Source: Patescibacteria group bacterium UBA6017
GTDB taxonomy: Bacteria; Patescibacteriota; Saccharimonadia; UBA4664
DNA: 64,000 bases
Assembly: GCA_002429485.1 (NCBI GenBank)
Contig: DIZX01000002.1
Location: 3,082 to 67,081, forward strand
Direction of reading: 5' to 3'
Part shown: piece by piece, positions 18,576 through 28,128 of the stretch
Layout: the number at the start of each line of letters is the position of its first letter
How positions within the stretch are numbered: position 1 is the first letter of the stretch
Position numbers and translations under genes: made by a program
Notes under the pieces: generated by a model
Database searches by the model: none
Seen by the model: only the letters and a program-made list of their open reading frames with translations
What the model was told of the DNA's origin: nothing

Positions 18576-20465
18576 TTATTGGAGCACGGCTTTGATGCGG
18601 CGAATGCCCGCTGAGCTGGACTCCTCTTTTTTGATCTTAAACTTCTTGTCGTGTTCGGCGAGGGCACCGGTGTGCTCAACGTGGGGGCCGCCGCAAATTT
18701 CTTTGGAGTACCACTCCCCTTTCGGATCACCAGCCGTATAAACCTTCACTGAGTCGCCGTATTTATCGCCAAACGCGCCCAGGGCGCCTTCTTTGAAGGC
18801 CTGCTCGGTTGGGATTTCTCGAAAACCCATGGGCCAATCCTTGGCGATGTTTTCATTAACGATTTTTTCAACTTCGGCGATTTGCTCCGGCGTCATTTTT
18901 TCGCCGTGACTAAAATCGAACCGGAGGCGTTCTGGAGTAATGTTAGAACCGCGCTGAATCACGTGGTCACCGAGGACCAGTCGCAGGGCCTTGTACATGA
19001 GGTGCGTGGCGGTGTGGTATTTGACGCTGATGTCGGAATGGTCGGCGAGACCGCCTTTGAATTGCCCGACGGTGGCGGTGCGGCTACGCTCTTTTTGCTC
19101 TTTGAGCAGTTTGTCGAAATCTTTTTTCCAGTCGGGGTCAACTTTGACCTGCTTGTCTCTGGCTTCTTCGAGCGAGAGCTCGGACGGGAAGCCATAGGTA
19201 TCGAACAGGGTGAAGATAATTTCTCCGGTGAGAGTGCTGTCACCAATTGTCATTTTAACGAACTCTTTAACCCCACGTTCAAGTGTCTTTCGAAACTGCT
19301 TTTCCTCCTGAACGAGAGTATGAATAATCGACTGCTCGCGGGCGGCAACTTCCGGGAAATCATCGCGATAGATCTCGGTAATTACGGGAACTACCAGTTC
19401 GAGGAAGTCCTCACGAAGATCGAGTGCCAGTGCCTGGCGGATGGCGCGACGCAGGAACCGGCGCATCACGTACCCCTGATCGGTATTGCTGGGCACCACC
19501 CCATCGACGGCCAGGAAAACGGCGGCCTTGAGATGGTCGGTGATGATACGCATGGCGACTTGGTTGTCGGAGTAGCTTCGACCAGAAAGCGCCTCAAGTT
19601 TTTGGATTACCGGATAATGTAGGCTGATCTTGAAGACGTCAGGATCGTTAATGGCGGCGGCAGCGATGCGCTCGAGGCCGGAACCGTGGTCGATATTAGG
19701 GGCTTTTAAGGGCTCGAATTTGCCGTCTGCAACCTTTTTGTAGGCCATGAAGACGTTATTGCCGAGCTCCACGAAGCGGCCGCAATCGCAGTTGGGATGA
19801 CAATGCGCGCCCCATTTGGGGTCGTGCTTGGTGCCAAAATCGTAGAACATCTCGGAATCGGGGCCGCAGGGGTCGCCAATGGGGGTGGTTTCGGGCCGGC
19901 CGTTGCGGCTCCACCAATTCTTGGAGCCGTCGTAGTAAAAAATACGCTCACCGGACTTCATGCCGCGCCTGTAGCCATCGGCCTCAGGGCCGATTTCGGC
20001 AACGCCGGCATCAATCCCCTTTTGCTTGAAGAGGCCCTGCCAGATCTTGGCGGCTTCGGTATCTTTGGGAATATCGTACTCGGGTGCACCAATAAAGCAG
20101 GTAATGTAGAGCTTCTTGGGGTCTAGCCCGACAATTTCGGTGAGAAATTCAAACATCCAGGGAACCTGCTCGCTCTTGAAGTAATCCCCGAGACTCCAGT
20201 TTCCAAGCATTTCGAAGGCGGTAGTGTGGCGGTTGTCGCCGACCTCGTCGATGTCATCGGCGCGGAAACAAACCTGACTGTCGACCAGCCGAACTCCGTC
20301 CGGATGGGTTTCGCCGAGCAGATACGGAATCATGGGCTGCATACCGGAGCCGGTAAACAAAGTGGTGGCGTCTTCGCGCGGCACCAGATTGGCGCGCGGA
20401 ATAACGGCGTGGCCGCGGTCGGCGAAGAATTTGAGATAAGCGGTGCGGATTTCGTTGGTGGTCAT
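18576..20465 (-). CDS. alaS: Alanine--tRNA ligase, short form lacking the C-Ala domain
   Basis: LFTGSGMQP, HTTAFEMLGNWSLGDYFK, GLER, HTATHL, EICGGPH; ends at GIRRIKA. Confidence 0.97.
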   Translation of the reverse strand: MTTNEIRTAYLKFFADRGHAVIPRANLVPREDATTLFTGSGMQPMIPYLLGETHPDGVRLVDSQVCFRADDIDEVGDNRHTTAFEMLGNWSLGDYFKSEQVPWMFEFLTEIVGLDPKKLYITCFIGAPEYDIPKDTEAAKIWQGLFKQKGIDAGVAEIGPEADGYRRGMKSGERIFYYDGSKNWWSRNGRPETTPIGDPCGPDSEMFYDFGTKHDPKWGAHCHPNCDCGRFVELGNNVFMAYKKVADGKFEPLKAPNIDHGSGLERIAAAAINDPDVFKISLHYPVIQKLEALSGRSYSDNQVAMRIITDHLKAAVFLAVDGVVPSNTDQGYVMRRFLRRAIRQALALDLREDFLELVVPVITEIYRDDFPEVAAREQSIIHTLVQEEKQFRKTLERGVKEFVKMTIGDSTLTGEIIFTLFDTYGFPSELSLEEARDKQVKVDPDWKKDFDKLLKEQKERSRTATVGQFKGGLADHSDISVKYHTATHLMYKALRLVLGDHVIQRGSNITPERLRFDFSHGEKMTPEQIAEVEKIVNENIAKDWPMGFREIPTEQAFKEGALGAFGDKYGDSVKVYTAGDPKGEWYSKEICGGPHVEHTGALAEHDKKFKIKKEESSSAGIRRIKAVLQ

Positions 20466-20614
20466 GGGGGGTATTGTAGGTGATTTTGAACAATAATTGT
20501 ACCCTGTGGCGATTTTGCTCAGAGAAAAGCGGTCCATCGATGTGCCGATAGGCCGCTGATCCCATTTTGCTGGGGGAGCTTTGGACGTGCTCCTGATCGG
20601 CAATGTAAGCCTCC

Positions 20615-21037
20615 TTAGCTGGCTTGGGACATTTGGTGTTCGGCGGGTGATTCGACACGGCGATTGATTTGAGCCGTCAAGAACGAATCAATTTGCTGGA
20701 ATGCAACCGTGTCAGCCCCTAACAGGAAATTGCGGCCTATTTCGGTCATTAGCCGATGTAGTTGGGCGCAGCGGTTGGGGTCAAATTGCGCAGGCAGCTG
20801 TCGCCGCATCCGGTTTTCAACCTTGATCGCATTATCCTTCTTCCTGTCTCTCCCCGACGTTGCGGCGTTATGCATCACAGCATTGAGCCATTTCGCGACG
20901 GCCGTGATTTCCGACTGGAGTTTGCCAGTGGGCAATACGGCCGAGTGGTCCTTGATGGACGCCCTCAACCGCGGGTCGTTACTGAAAAGTTCGCTAAACA
21001 TCCTCTCCAGTATATCGGCGCTTGGGTGTGTGATCAT
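20615..21037 (-). CDS. Hypothetical protein
   Basis: 140-aa ORF with G-rich SD-like sequence; fills gap co-directionally. Confidence 0.55.
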   Translation of the reverse strand: MITHPSADILERMFSELFSNDPRLRASIKDHSAVLPTGKLQSEITAVAKWLNAVMHNAATSGRDRKKDNAIKVENRMRRQLPAQFDPNRCAQLHRLMTEIGRNFLLGADTVAFQQIDSFLTAQINRRVESPAEHQMSQAS

Positions 21038-21123
21038 GGGGTCACCCCCTCTCCAAAACTAGTAGGTACAAAATGGGCCTACGAAGCGTAGCTCACGGAT
21101 CGGCGCAATAGCAACGGACATAT

Positions 21124-21903
21124 TTACAGGGGGGCGTTGAGCTGCTGTTCCATTAGTAGCTTCTGCTTCTTTTGCCACTGCTTGTGGGCGTACATCCTGT
21201 CGTCGGCTTGTTTGATGAAATCACCAATATTTGTTCCGGGGGGATCCTTGGCGAAGGCCGCGCGCTCTTCATCTGTAAGCGGCCGGAGCTGCCCGGTTCC
21301 GACGCCAAACGCTACCGTGTCCGGTGGCTGAACGCCTTCGGGGTAGCCGCCCCGTGGGGTTGGCTTCGGTTGAGCTAACTCGGAGTCGGTAAATTTCGCC
21401 AACATTGCTTCGCCGTACTGTTCCAGCTCCGAGGGTGACATGTCGTCGCCGTCATACACCACAATCAATAATTCATCGCCACCAAGCCGGACGAGGTCGT
21501 CGGAAGATCGAACGAGCCCCCTTAATTCATCTGAGACCCGCACGAGCAATTTATCGCCTTCGGAGTGCCCATAAGTGTCATTCGTCTGCTTGAGCCCGGT
21601 GACATCGGCAAAAATAACTGCGACAACCTGGGAATTCGGAACAGGTCGGCGGTCATCGCTCCCGGACATGCCGGACATACCGAATATGCCATCAATTTTC
21701 TTCATAAATGCGTCTTTGGTGAGGAACCCGGTAAGTGAGTCGATACCGGCCTGCTCCAGGGCTTCGGAGAGCTGCTTGTTCTCGCCGATCATGTGGTCGA
21801 CGGCTTCCTCGTCGGTCGGATCCGGGTCAGCTGGGGGCAAGTCCATAAAAGCTCCAGAGAATGCTTGCTGCTCGGGGTCGGGGATGTTTTGGAATTCTGA
21901 CAT
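21124..21903 (-). CDS. GGDEF-domain protein (GGDEL variant)
   Basis: DSLTG, FADVTGLKQTNDTYGHSEGD, RLGGDEL, ADDRMYAHK. Confidence 0.85.
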   Translation of the reverse strand: MSEFQNIPDPEQQAFSGAFMDLPPADPDPTDEEAVDHMIGENKQLSEALEQAGIDSLTGFLTKDAFMKKIDGIFGMSGMSGSDDRRPVPNSQVVAVIFADVTGLKQTNDTYGHSEGDKLLVRVSDELRGLVRSSDDLVRLGGDELLIVVYDGDDMSPSELEQYGEAMLAKFTDSELAQPKPTPRGGYPEGVQPPDTVAFGVGTGQLRPLTDEERAAFAKDPPGTNIGDFIKQADDRMYAHKQWQKKQKLLMEQQLNAPL

Positions 21904-21936
21904 AGCCAGATTATAACATCCGCCGAGATTAAGAGA

Positions 21937-22968
21937 CTAGATGATAATGCCGCCGCCAAGTACCACTTCACTATCGTAGACGACAACCGATTGACCGGCA
22001 GTAATGGCGCGCTCGGGACGCACGAGGGTAACATCCCCGGAGGAATCGATGCGACCGTCGATCAGCTCGGCGCGGTGGCGGCTGCGGAATTGATATACCT
22101 GCGTAGCGGACGGCGGACGGGAGATCCAGTGCAGCTGATCGAGTATGAAATGATCGGCCTCTAGGTCGAGGTCAGAGGGATCGTCGGTGACATAGACGGT
22201 ATTGGTGGCCATACCTTTGCCCGTGACATAATACGGGCCGCCCCCGCCGATGCCCAAGCCCTGCCGCTGGCCGATCGTGTAGAACACGGCTCCTTGGTGC
22301 TCGCCCAGCTGGCGGCCCGTAGTGCGGTCGAGGATGGGTCCCGGAGAGGCCGAAATGTATTGGCTGAGGAATTCGCGGATGCCAACCTCGCCCACGAAAC
22401 AAATGCCCTGCGAATCGGGCTTGGCGGCAGTAGGCAGCCCCAGCTCGGCGGCGAGGCGGCGCACCTCGGGTTTGGTGAGTTCTCCGAGCGGGAAGACGGT
22501 TTGCTCGAGAGCCTCTGACGTGACACGGTATAAAAAGTAGGTCTGGTCCTTATTGACATCGCTGGCGGTAAGCAGCCGACCGCCCGAGGTGCGGGCATAG
22601 TGGCCGGTAGCAATGAGGTCGGCGCCATCGGCCAGGGCCGCCTTCAGGAAAAGCTTAAACTTAATCTCCTGGTTACACATAATATCGGGGTTGGGGGTAC
22701 GGCCGGCCTGATATTCGGCCACCATCACGTCAACAACATGCTGCTTATATTCGGCCTGGAAGCCGAAGACCTTGAAGGGAATATCGATAACGGCGGCGGC
22801 GGCGCGGGCGTCGGCCAGATCCTGCTTCCATGGGCAGGCCACACCGGCAATGTCGGCGGTCCAGTTTTTCATATATACGCCCACGACATGATAGCCCTGC
22901 CGCTTCAGCAAGGCTGCTGCCACCGAGGAGTCTACTCCCCCGCTCATTCCGACGTAGATGGTTTTCAT
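21937..22968 (-). CDS. mnmA: tRNA 2-thiouridylase MnmA
   Basis: GMSGGVDSS, TPNPDIMCN, ATGHYA, KDQTYFL, DSQGICF. Confidence 0.97.
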   Translation of the reverse strand: MKTIYVGMSGGVDSSVAAALLKRQGYHVVGVYMKNWTADIAGVACPWKQDLADARAAAAVIDIPFKVFGFQAEYKQHVVDVMVAEYQAGRTPNPDIMCNQEIKFKLFLKAALADGADLIATGHYARTSGGRLLTASDVNKDQTYFLYRVTSEALEQTVFPLGELTKPEVRRLAAELGLPTAAKPDSQGICFVGEVGIREFLSQYISASPGPILDRTTGRQLGEHQGAVFYTIGQRQGLGIGGGGPYYVTGKGMATNTVYVTDDPSDLDLEADHFILDQLHWISRPPSATQVYQFRSRHRAELIDGRIDSSGDVTLVRPERAITAGQSVVVYDSEVVLGGGIII

Positions 22969-23114
22969 AGCTGGGCAATCTTACAGAGTTTCGCGTGGTT
23001 AGTAAACTGCATGGATAACTTTTCTTTTAAGGTAAGAGGTTCTGTGGTGTCTCGAAGTTTTTGCGTAATTGTGGACTTGTATTTTTTCCTGGGGACGTGC
23101 GCATAGGGAGGGTA

Positions 23115-23208
23115 TGCCCATAATGGGACATGGCTTAAAAGCGCTCTGAATCGTGGCTTCAGAAAAGCAAAATTCATCCACAATATTTTGCGTGTCCCAT
23201 TATGGGCA
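23115..23208. repeat. Perfect 16-bp inverted repeat, 62-nt spacer
   Basis: TGCCCATAATGGGACA (23115-23130) / TGTCCCATTATGGGCA (23193-23208). Confidence 0.8.
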
Positions 23209-23246
23209 GGTCCTGAAGGTGCGTTGCCAGCGAAAAAGATAACTTT

Positions 23247-24215
23247 CTAGTCCGTGAAGTCCTGAGTCACCATGAGACCGTAAGGTCCGCCGTCGACGAT
23301 GCCGATGCCGACGGTGCGGTAGTTGGGCGAGAGGATATTGGCGCGGTGGCCGGGCGAGTTCATGAGACCGGTGTGGGCCAGCTGCAGCGTGGGCGCCAGA
23401 GCCAGGTTTTCGCCCGCACTGCCGTACTGCACACCGCCGGCTTTCATGCGATCGAAGGGATTCTTGCCTTCGGGATTTATGTGCGAAAAGTAGCCCCGAG
23501 CGAACATGTCAGCGGAGTAATTTCGAGCGACCGCACGGGTTTTGAGGTTGAGGGTGAGCGCCGACAGACCGCGGGTGGTTCGCTCGTGATTGAGCAGCAC
23601 CAGCATGGCAGCCTCATCTTTGGCATCGACCGACACGTTTGTGGTGGTAAATCCAAGGTCGATGCGCTTTTCGCTTTCGGGGTCGGAGGTGATCGTGAAG
23701 AAACTCAGGCTGTCGCTCAGGTCTCCGCCGATACCGCTGGCTATTTTGGACGACAGATTGCCGCTGGATGCCAATAACTGCTTGGCGACGAACGCCTGAG
23801 TGACGGAGTTCTTGGTGTTTGGTGTGAGGGGCAAACCGGAATATATGGCGAGGCCGAGAGTGATTATGGCTGCAGTTTTCAGCACATTAAGTAATGACCC
23901 GCCAATACGATTGATCACGGAGAGTTGGACCTGCCGAGTGAGATGAGGTAGGAGTACGAACCTTATGATTAGTGCGCAGGTGACCTCGGTGGCCACCCAA
24001 ACCACGACAAAACCGGCGATATTACTCAAAGACACCGTGATGTGCGCGAGTGATTTCAGGAGTGTGCCTACCTGGTGATACACCGATAGCGCGAGGATGG
24101 TCGCGATCGCAAAACTGACGAGCTCAAGCCCAATAAGAACCATCCCCCGCTTGCTGCCCGAAAAGGCCGAAAAGATTAATGCGACGATAAGAATCAGACT
24201 GATGATTATGCTCAC
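23247..24215 (-). CDS. CvpA-family TM domain fused to a CAP (SCP) domain
   Basis: Four TM helices; LNHER, YFSH, GENLA, LMNSPGHRANIL, VGIG. Confidence 0.88.
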   Translation of the reverse strand: MSIIISLILIVALIFSAFSGSKRGMVLIGLELVSFAIATILALSVYHQVGTLLKSLAHITVSLSNIAGFVVVWVATEVTCALIIRFVLLPHLTRQVQLSVINRIGGSLLNVLKTAAIITLGLAIYSGLPLTPNTKNSVTQAFVAKQLLASSGNLSSKIASGIGGDLSDSLSFFTITSDPESEKRIDLGFTTTNVSVDAKDEAAMLVLLNHERTTRGLSALTLNLKTRAVARNYSADMFARGYFSHINPEGKNPFDRMKAGGVQYGSAGENLALAPTLQLAHTGLMNSPGHRANILSPNYRTVGIGIVDGGPYGLMVTQDFTD

Positions 24216-24805
24216 TTGGGCTGACCGCTGGCGATTTCGTAGACGACTTTTTGCAGCTCCTCAAAGGTGATCGCCCGGCTTTCGGCCGTTGCCCACCAGT
24301 GTGACCGCCGCCACTGCGCGTCGAAAGATGAATGATTGATGATCGGAAAATTCTGCCCGAGCGCGTGCTGGAAGGTCAAACTGGCGCGCCGCTGATGGTA
24401 GGGTGACGTTACGAGGATGATCGAGTGGATGCTCTCGTTGGCAACGATTTTGGCGACTCCGGCCGCGTTGCCGCGAGTGTTGGTGGCCAACTCGTCGAGA
24501 AAGACAGCCGTCGGCGGGACACCGGCAGCGATGGCGGTTCGGGCCATGGTCTGAGCATTCGACGGCCCGTTGGGGTCGGCGGCCGCACCGGAGAAAATAA
24601 TCACCGGAGACAGACCGTCTTTATAAAGTTTTATGGCTTCGGCGGTGCGGGCGTCAGTTTCCCCGCCCGAAATCGCCACAATGGCATCGGATTTGGCGAG
24701 AGGGTCTTGAGGCGAGAGATAATATCCGACACCAAAGAAAAAAGCGGCCGCCAACCCAGCGCTCACTCCACCCAACACTAATAGCACAACGAAAAACCGC
24801 TTCAT
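24212..24805 (-). CDS. YdcF/DUF218 (ElyC/SanA-like) protein
   Basis: DAIVAISGG, IFSG, ATNTRGNA, LVTSPYHQRRA. Confidence 0.88.
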   Translation of the reverse strand: MKRFFVVLLVLGGVSAGLAAAFFFGVGYYLSPQDPLAKSDAIVAISGGETDARTAEAIKLYKDGLSPVIIFSGAAADPNGPSNAQTMARTAIAAGVPPTAVFLDELATNTRGNAAGVAKIVANESIHSIILVTSPYHQRRASLTFQHALGQNFPIINHSSFDAQWRRSHWWATAESRAITFEELQKVVYEIASGQPK

Positions 24806-24825
24806 ATGTTTGTATTATAGCAAAA

Positions 24826-26007
24826 TTAGAGCGTACGGAGGCGGTGGATAATTCCGGGAAGTGTCTCGATGACCTTATCGACGGCAGCTTGATCAGTGGA
24901 ACGGCCGAGGGTTAGACGCAGCGAAGAATTGGCCTCATCGGGAGTACGACCAATGGCAATCAAAACGTGAGAAGGGTCGAGACTGCCGGTGGAGCAGGCG
25001 GAACCGGTGGAGGCCAGGATGCCGGCATTATCGAGATAAAGCACCAGGCCCTCGCCCTCCGCCCCGGGAATGGTGAAGTTGACGTTATTGGGGAGGCGGC
25101 GGCTGGGATGGCCGTTGAGGATAGCGTCGGGGATGGCGGCTTGGATACCCCGGATGAGTTGGTCACGCAGGGGGGCAAGGCGATAAAATTCGGCGTCGCG
25201 GGTGGTGGCGGCCAGCTTCAAAGCGGCGCCCAATCCCACTACGCCGGCGACGTTTTCGGTGCCGCTACGGCGGCCGCGCTCTTGGCCGCCGCCGTAGATG
25301 AGCGGCTCAATGGTCGTGCCGTGGCGCACGTAAAGGGCGCCGGTGCCTTTGGGGCCGTAGATTTTGGAGCCGTTGAGGGTGAGTAGGTCGACGCCGAGGC
25401 GGGAGACCGACAAATTGATGTAGTTGGCGGCCTGAACGGCATCGGTATGGAGGTAGAGCGGGAGCTTAATATCTCGTTTAGCCCGGTCGGCTTGCACGTC
25501 GGCCACTAGCTTGGCGAGGTCGGGAATCGGCTGGATGGTGCCGATTTCGTTGTTGGCCAGCATAACGCTGATGAGTACAGTGCGGTCGGATATGGCGGAC
25601 GCAATGGCGGCTACGTCGACTACGCCGTCGGGCTTCACGGGTACGACCGCAGCTTCATGGCCATCCCGCTTTAATGGCTCCACGCAGCCCAGAACAGCAT
25701 CATGCTCGATGGCAGTGGCAACCCAGTGTGCCCCCGGGTGCGCCCGCAAGACACCCTGGACGGCCAGGTTATCACCCTCGGTGCCGCCGCTCGTGAAGAT
25801 GATCTCGGTAGTTTTGGCGCCAAGAAAATCGGCGACCGTGGCCCGGGCACCCTCAACCGCCAACCTGGTCACGCGGGCAGCCGAATAGAGACTAGAGGGG
25901 TTTGCGAATTGGTCCTCCCGGTATGGGCGCATGGCTTCAAGCACCGCTGGGTCTATCGGCGTAGCGGCGGCGTGATCGAGATAAATGGGGACGATAACTT
26001 TAGTCAT
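24826..26007 (-). CDS. iscS: Cysteine desulfurase (IscS/NifS group I)
   Basis: YLDHAAATP, FTSGGTE, HTDAVQ, SKIYGPKG, STGSACS. Confidence 0.93.
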   Translation of the reverse strand: MTKVIVPIYLDHAAATPIDPAVLEAMRPYREDQFANPSSLYSAARVTRLAVEGARATVADFLGAKTTEIIFTSGGTEGDNLAVQGVLRAHPGAHWVATAIEHDAVLGCVEPLKRDGHEAAVVPVKPDGVVDVAAIASAISDRTVLISVMLANNEIGTIQPIPDLAKLVADVQADRAKRDIKLPLYLHTDAVQAANYINLSVSRLGVDLLTLNGSKIYGPKGTGALYVRHGTTIEPLIYGGGQERGRRSGTENVAGVVGLGAALKLAATTRDAEFYRLAPLRDQLIRGIQAAIPDAILNGHPSRRLPNNVNFTIPGAEGEGLVLYLDNAGILASTGSACSTGSLDPSHVLIAIGRTPDEANSSLRLTLGRSTDQAAVDKVIETLPGIIHRLRTL

Positions 26008-26653
26008 TTTTAACTTCTATTCCCAACCCGGATGCAAGCTCGGGCACGAGGGTAATCATTTGATCGTAATTAATGGTGGCACCCTTGAGGCCAATGATGC
26101 CTTTGATCTGCTGGACCACTGAGCTGCGGAGGTCAACACGTTGCATGGTGACACCAGAAAAATCGGCGCTAGTGAGATCGCAGTTGATAAAGTCTACATC
26201 AACTAGCTGGGCAGCGCCAAAATCGGCATCGATGAGCTGGCAACGCACGAACCGCACGCGGGCTAATTTGGCGAAGCGGAAGTTGGCGAGATCGAGTTTG
26301 GTGTCTTCGATGATGATATCTTTGAGCTCGGTTTCGGCTAGCACGACCCCGCTCATGCGGACGCGCTGGATGAGCAGCCGCCGCAACGAACTGCCGGTGA
26401 GATTGAGGCCGCCGAGCTGTCCCCCGCTGATCTCGACATCTTCCCAGCCGCCTTCGCGAAGGGCGGCGCCGGTGAGGTCGGGCTCGATGAAGCGGACCGA
26501 ATCGAAGTGAACCAGCCTGGATTTCTGGCCCGCCCATATGACATGGTCAATCTCGACACCTTCAAGAACTAGGGCCGGTTCAACTTTGGCAGCTGGCATC
26601 AATTGAGACATCGGCTTCGGGAGGTTGGGATGATTTATCTTAGACGGGGTCAT
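26000..26653 (-). CDS. Pentapeptide-repeat protein
   Basis: Repeated ADFxx/xDLxx pentamers (LANFRFAKL, DADFGAAQL, SADFSGVTM). Confidence 0.85.
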   Translation of the reverse strand: MTPSKINHPNLPKPMSQLMPAAKVEPALVLEGVEIDHVIWAGQKSRLVHFDSVRFIEPDLTGAALREGGWEDVEISGGQLGGLNLTGSSLRRLLIQRVRMSGVVLAETELKDIIIEDTKLDLANFRFAKLARVRFVRCQLIDADFGAAQLVDVDFINCDLTSADFSGVTMQRVDLRSSVVQQIKGIIGLKGATINYDQMITLVPELASGLGIEVKND

Positions 26654-26672
26654 GGCGTCAATTACTCGGCAA

Positions 26673-27353
26673 TTATTCTTCGGTCTCGGCGGCCCCGCCG
26701 ATTACCGCGCGAGCCTGGTCTTGATCCATTTGCGACACAGTCTCCATCTCATCGTGCAGAGAAGCCAGTTGATCAACCAGCAGCTGGGCTTCGAGTTCAG
26801 AAATCGGCATGCCGTTCAGGCCGATTTTGCGCTCAGATGCGATGGTTGCCTGCAGATACGAGCTAAGGTTAGCGTACTCGACGTCCCCGACTACATAGCT
26901 GTAGTGTTCGGCGACAACCGCCCCCTTGAACGATCGGTAGCGGGTATAGCTATTGGAGACTGATTCTCCTATCACTTCGTTTGAGCGGTTGGTCTGCAGA
27001 AAGGGGCCGTGCTCGTCCTGATTTACCGTAGCACCGCCAAGATGCCGTCTCTCGAAGGCCACCAATGACGTTTCGGCCTCATACAACGGGTCTGGCTCTA
27101 GGTCGGGTTCCTGGCCCTGAGCGTCCAGGTCCATTAAGGCGTCAAACTCTGCATCATCCAAGTTGAGCACAATATCCATTTCTATATCGTGTTCTTCTTT
27201 CATTTGGTCGTATCGCTCACCTCCGAGCAAGCTACGCATGACGGGATCGAAGAGATTGGCGATTGCCTGAGAATGTTGATCGAAAGCAACCGACAGCATA
27301 CGGAGGCGTTCGGCGGAGTTACTGGATAGCTCGGGATTTTGCTCGTGTTCCAT
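26673..27353 (-). CDS. Acidic hypothetical protein
   Basis: ATG 27353 is 6 nt behind TATAGT; fills the gap after tatD. Confidence 0.65.
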   Translation of the reverse strand: MEHEQNPELSSNSAERLRMLSVAFDQHSQAIANLFDPVMRSLLGGERYDQMKEEHDIEMDIVLNLDDAEFDALMDLDAQGQEPDLEPDPLYEAETSLVAFERRHLGGATVNQDEHGPFLQTNRSNEVIGESVSNSYTRYRSFKGAVVAEHYSYVVGDVEYANLSSYLQATIASERKIGLNGMPISELEAQLLVDQLASLHDEMETVSQMDQDQARAVIGGAAETEE

Positions 27354-27360
27354 AGATGGA

Positions 27361-28125
27361 CTATACCAAATTAAACAACTGCTCGGCGTTGGCGGTGGTA
27401 CTCGACATGAGGTCTTCGAGTGGCTCGCCGCGCAGTTCGGCCAGGAATTTAGCAGTGTGAGCGATATTGGCGGGTTCATTGCGTTTGCCGCGTGCAGGGG
27501 CGGGGGCGAGGAAAGGGCAATCGGTTTCCAGGACGAGGCGATCGATCGGTACCTGCTTGGCGGCATCGAGTTGGCTCGGATCCTTAGTGAAGGTCATGAT
27601 GCCGTTGAGAGCGATATACAGTCCCCGTTTGAGTGAGCCTTCGAGCTCGGGGACGCCTGCGCTGAAGCAGTGAACCAGGCCGCGCACGCCCTCGCCGTCG
27701 TATTCGTCGAGCAGGGAAAAAAATTGCGGGAAAGCATCGCGGACGTGAAAAATCATGGGCAAATTCCGCTCCAGCCCCAATTCGATCTGGAATCGCAGAG
27801 CCCGTTCCTGTTCGTCGATGGTAGTTTCGGAGCGGTAGTTATCCAACCCGCACTCACCGATAGCAATAACCTTGTCGAACCCAGATAATCGGGCCACTTC
27901 TTCGAGGGCTTCGTAGCCGCGATCGGCGTCGTGAGGGTGCAGCCCCACCGAGGCCCAGACATGTTCATAGGACTTGGCAACGGCCACCGCTTGAGCGGAA
28001 TCGGTATCGTTGCAGCCGACGGTGATAATCTTTTCAACTCCGGCGGCATGGGCGCGAGCGAGCACATCATCGATGTCGGCGCGAAATTCATCGAAATGGA
28101 TATGGGAGTGGGTATCAATCAACAT
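27361..28125 (-). CDS. tatD: TatD-family nuclease
   Basis: IDTHSH, GLHPH, IGECGLD, HCFS, LETDCPFLAP. Confidence 0.95.
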   Translation of the reverse strand: MLIDTHSHIHFDEFRADIDDVLARAHAAGVEKIITVGCNDTDSAQAVAVAKSYEHVWASVGLHPHDADRGYEALEEVARLSGFDKVIAIGECGLDNYRSETTIDEQERALRFQIELGLERNLPMIFHVRDAFPQFFSLLDEYDGEGVRGLVHCFSAGVPELEGSLKRGLYIALNGIMTFTKDPSQLDAAKQVPIDRLVLETDCPFLAPAPARGKRNEPANIAHTAKFLAELRGEPLEDLMSSTTANAEQLFNLV

Positions 28126-28128
28126 AAG

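Noticed and set aside
18576-20465. AlaRS lacking the C-terminal domain as a possible pseudogene
   Set aside because: Catalytic and editing motifs are intact with a clean stop; short AlaRS is common in reduced/CPR genomes
23113-23140. dif-like site (TGCCCATAA resembles a XerC arm)
   Set aside because: XerD arm TTATGTTAAAT is poorly matched and the sequence is better explained as one arm of an inverted repeat
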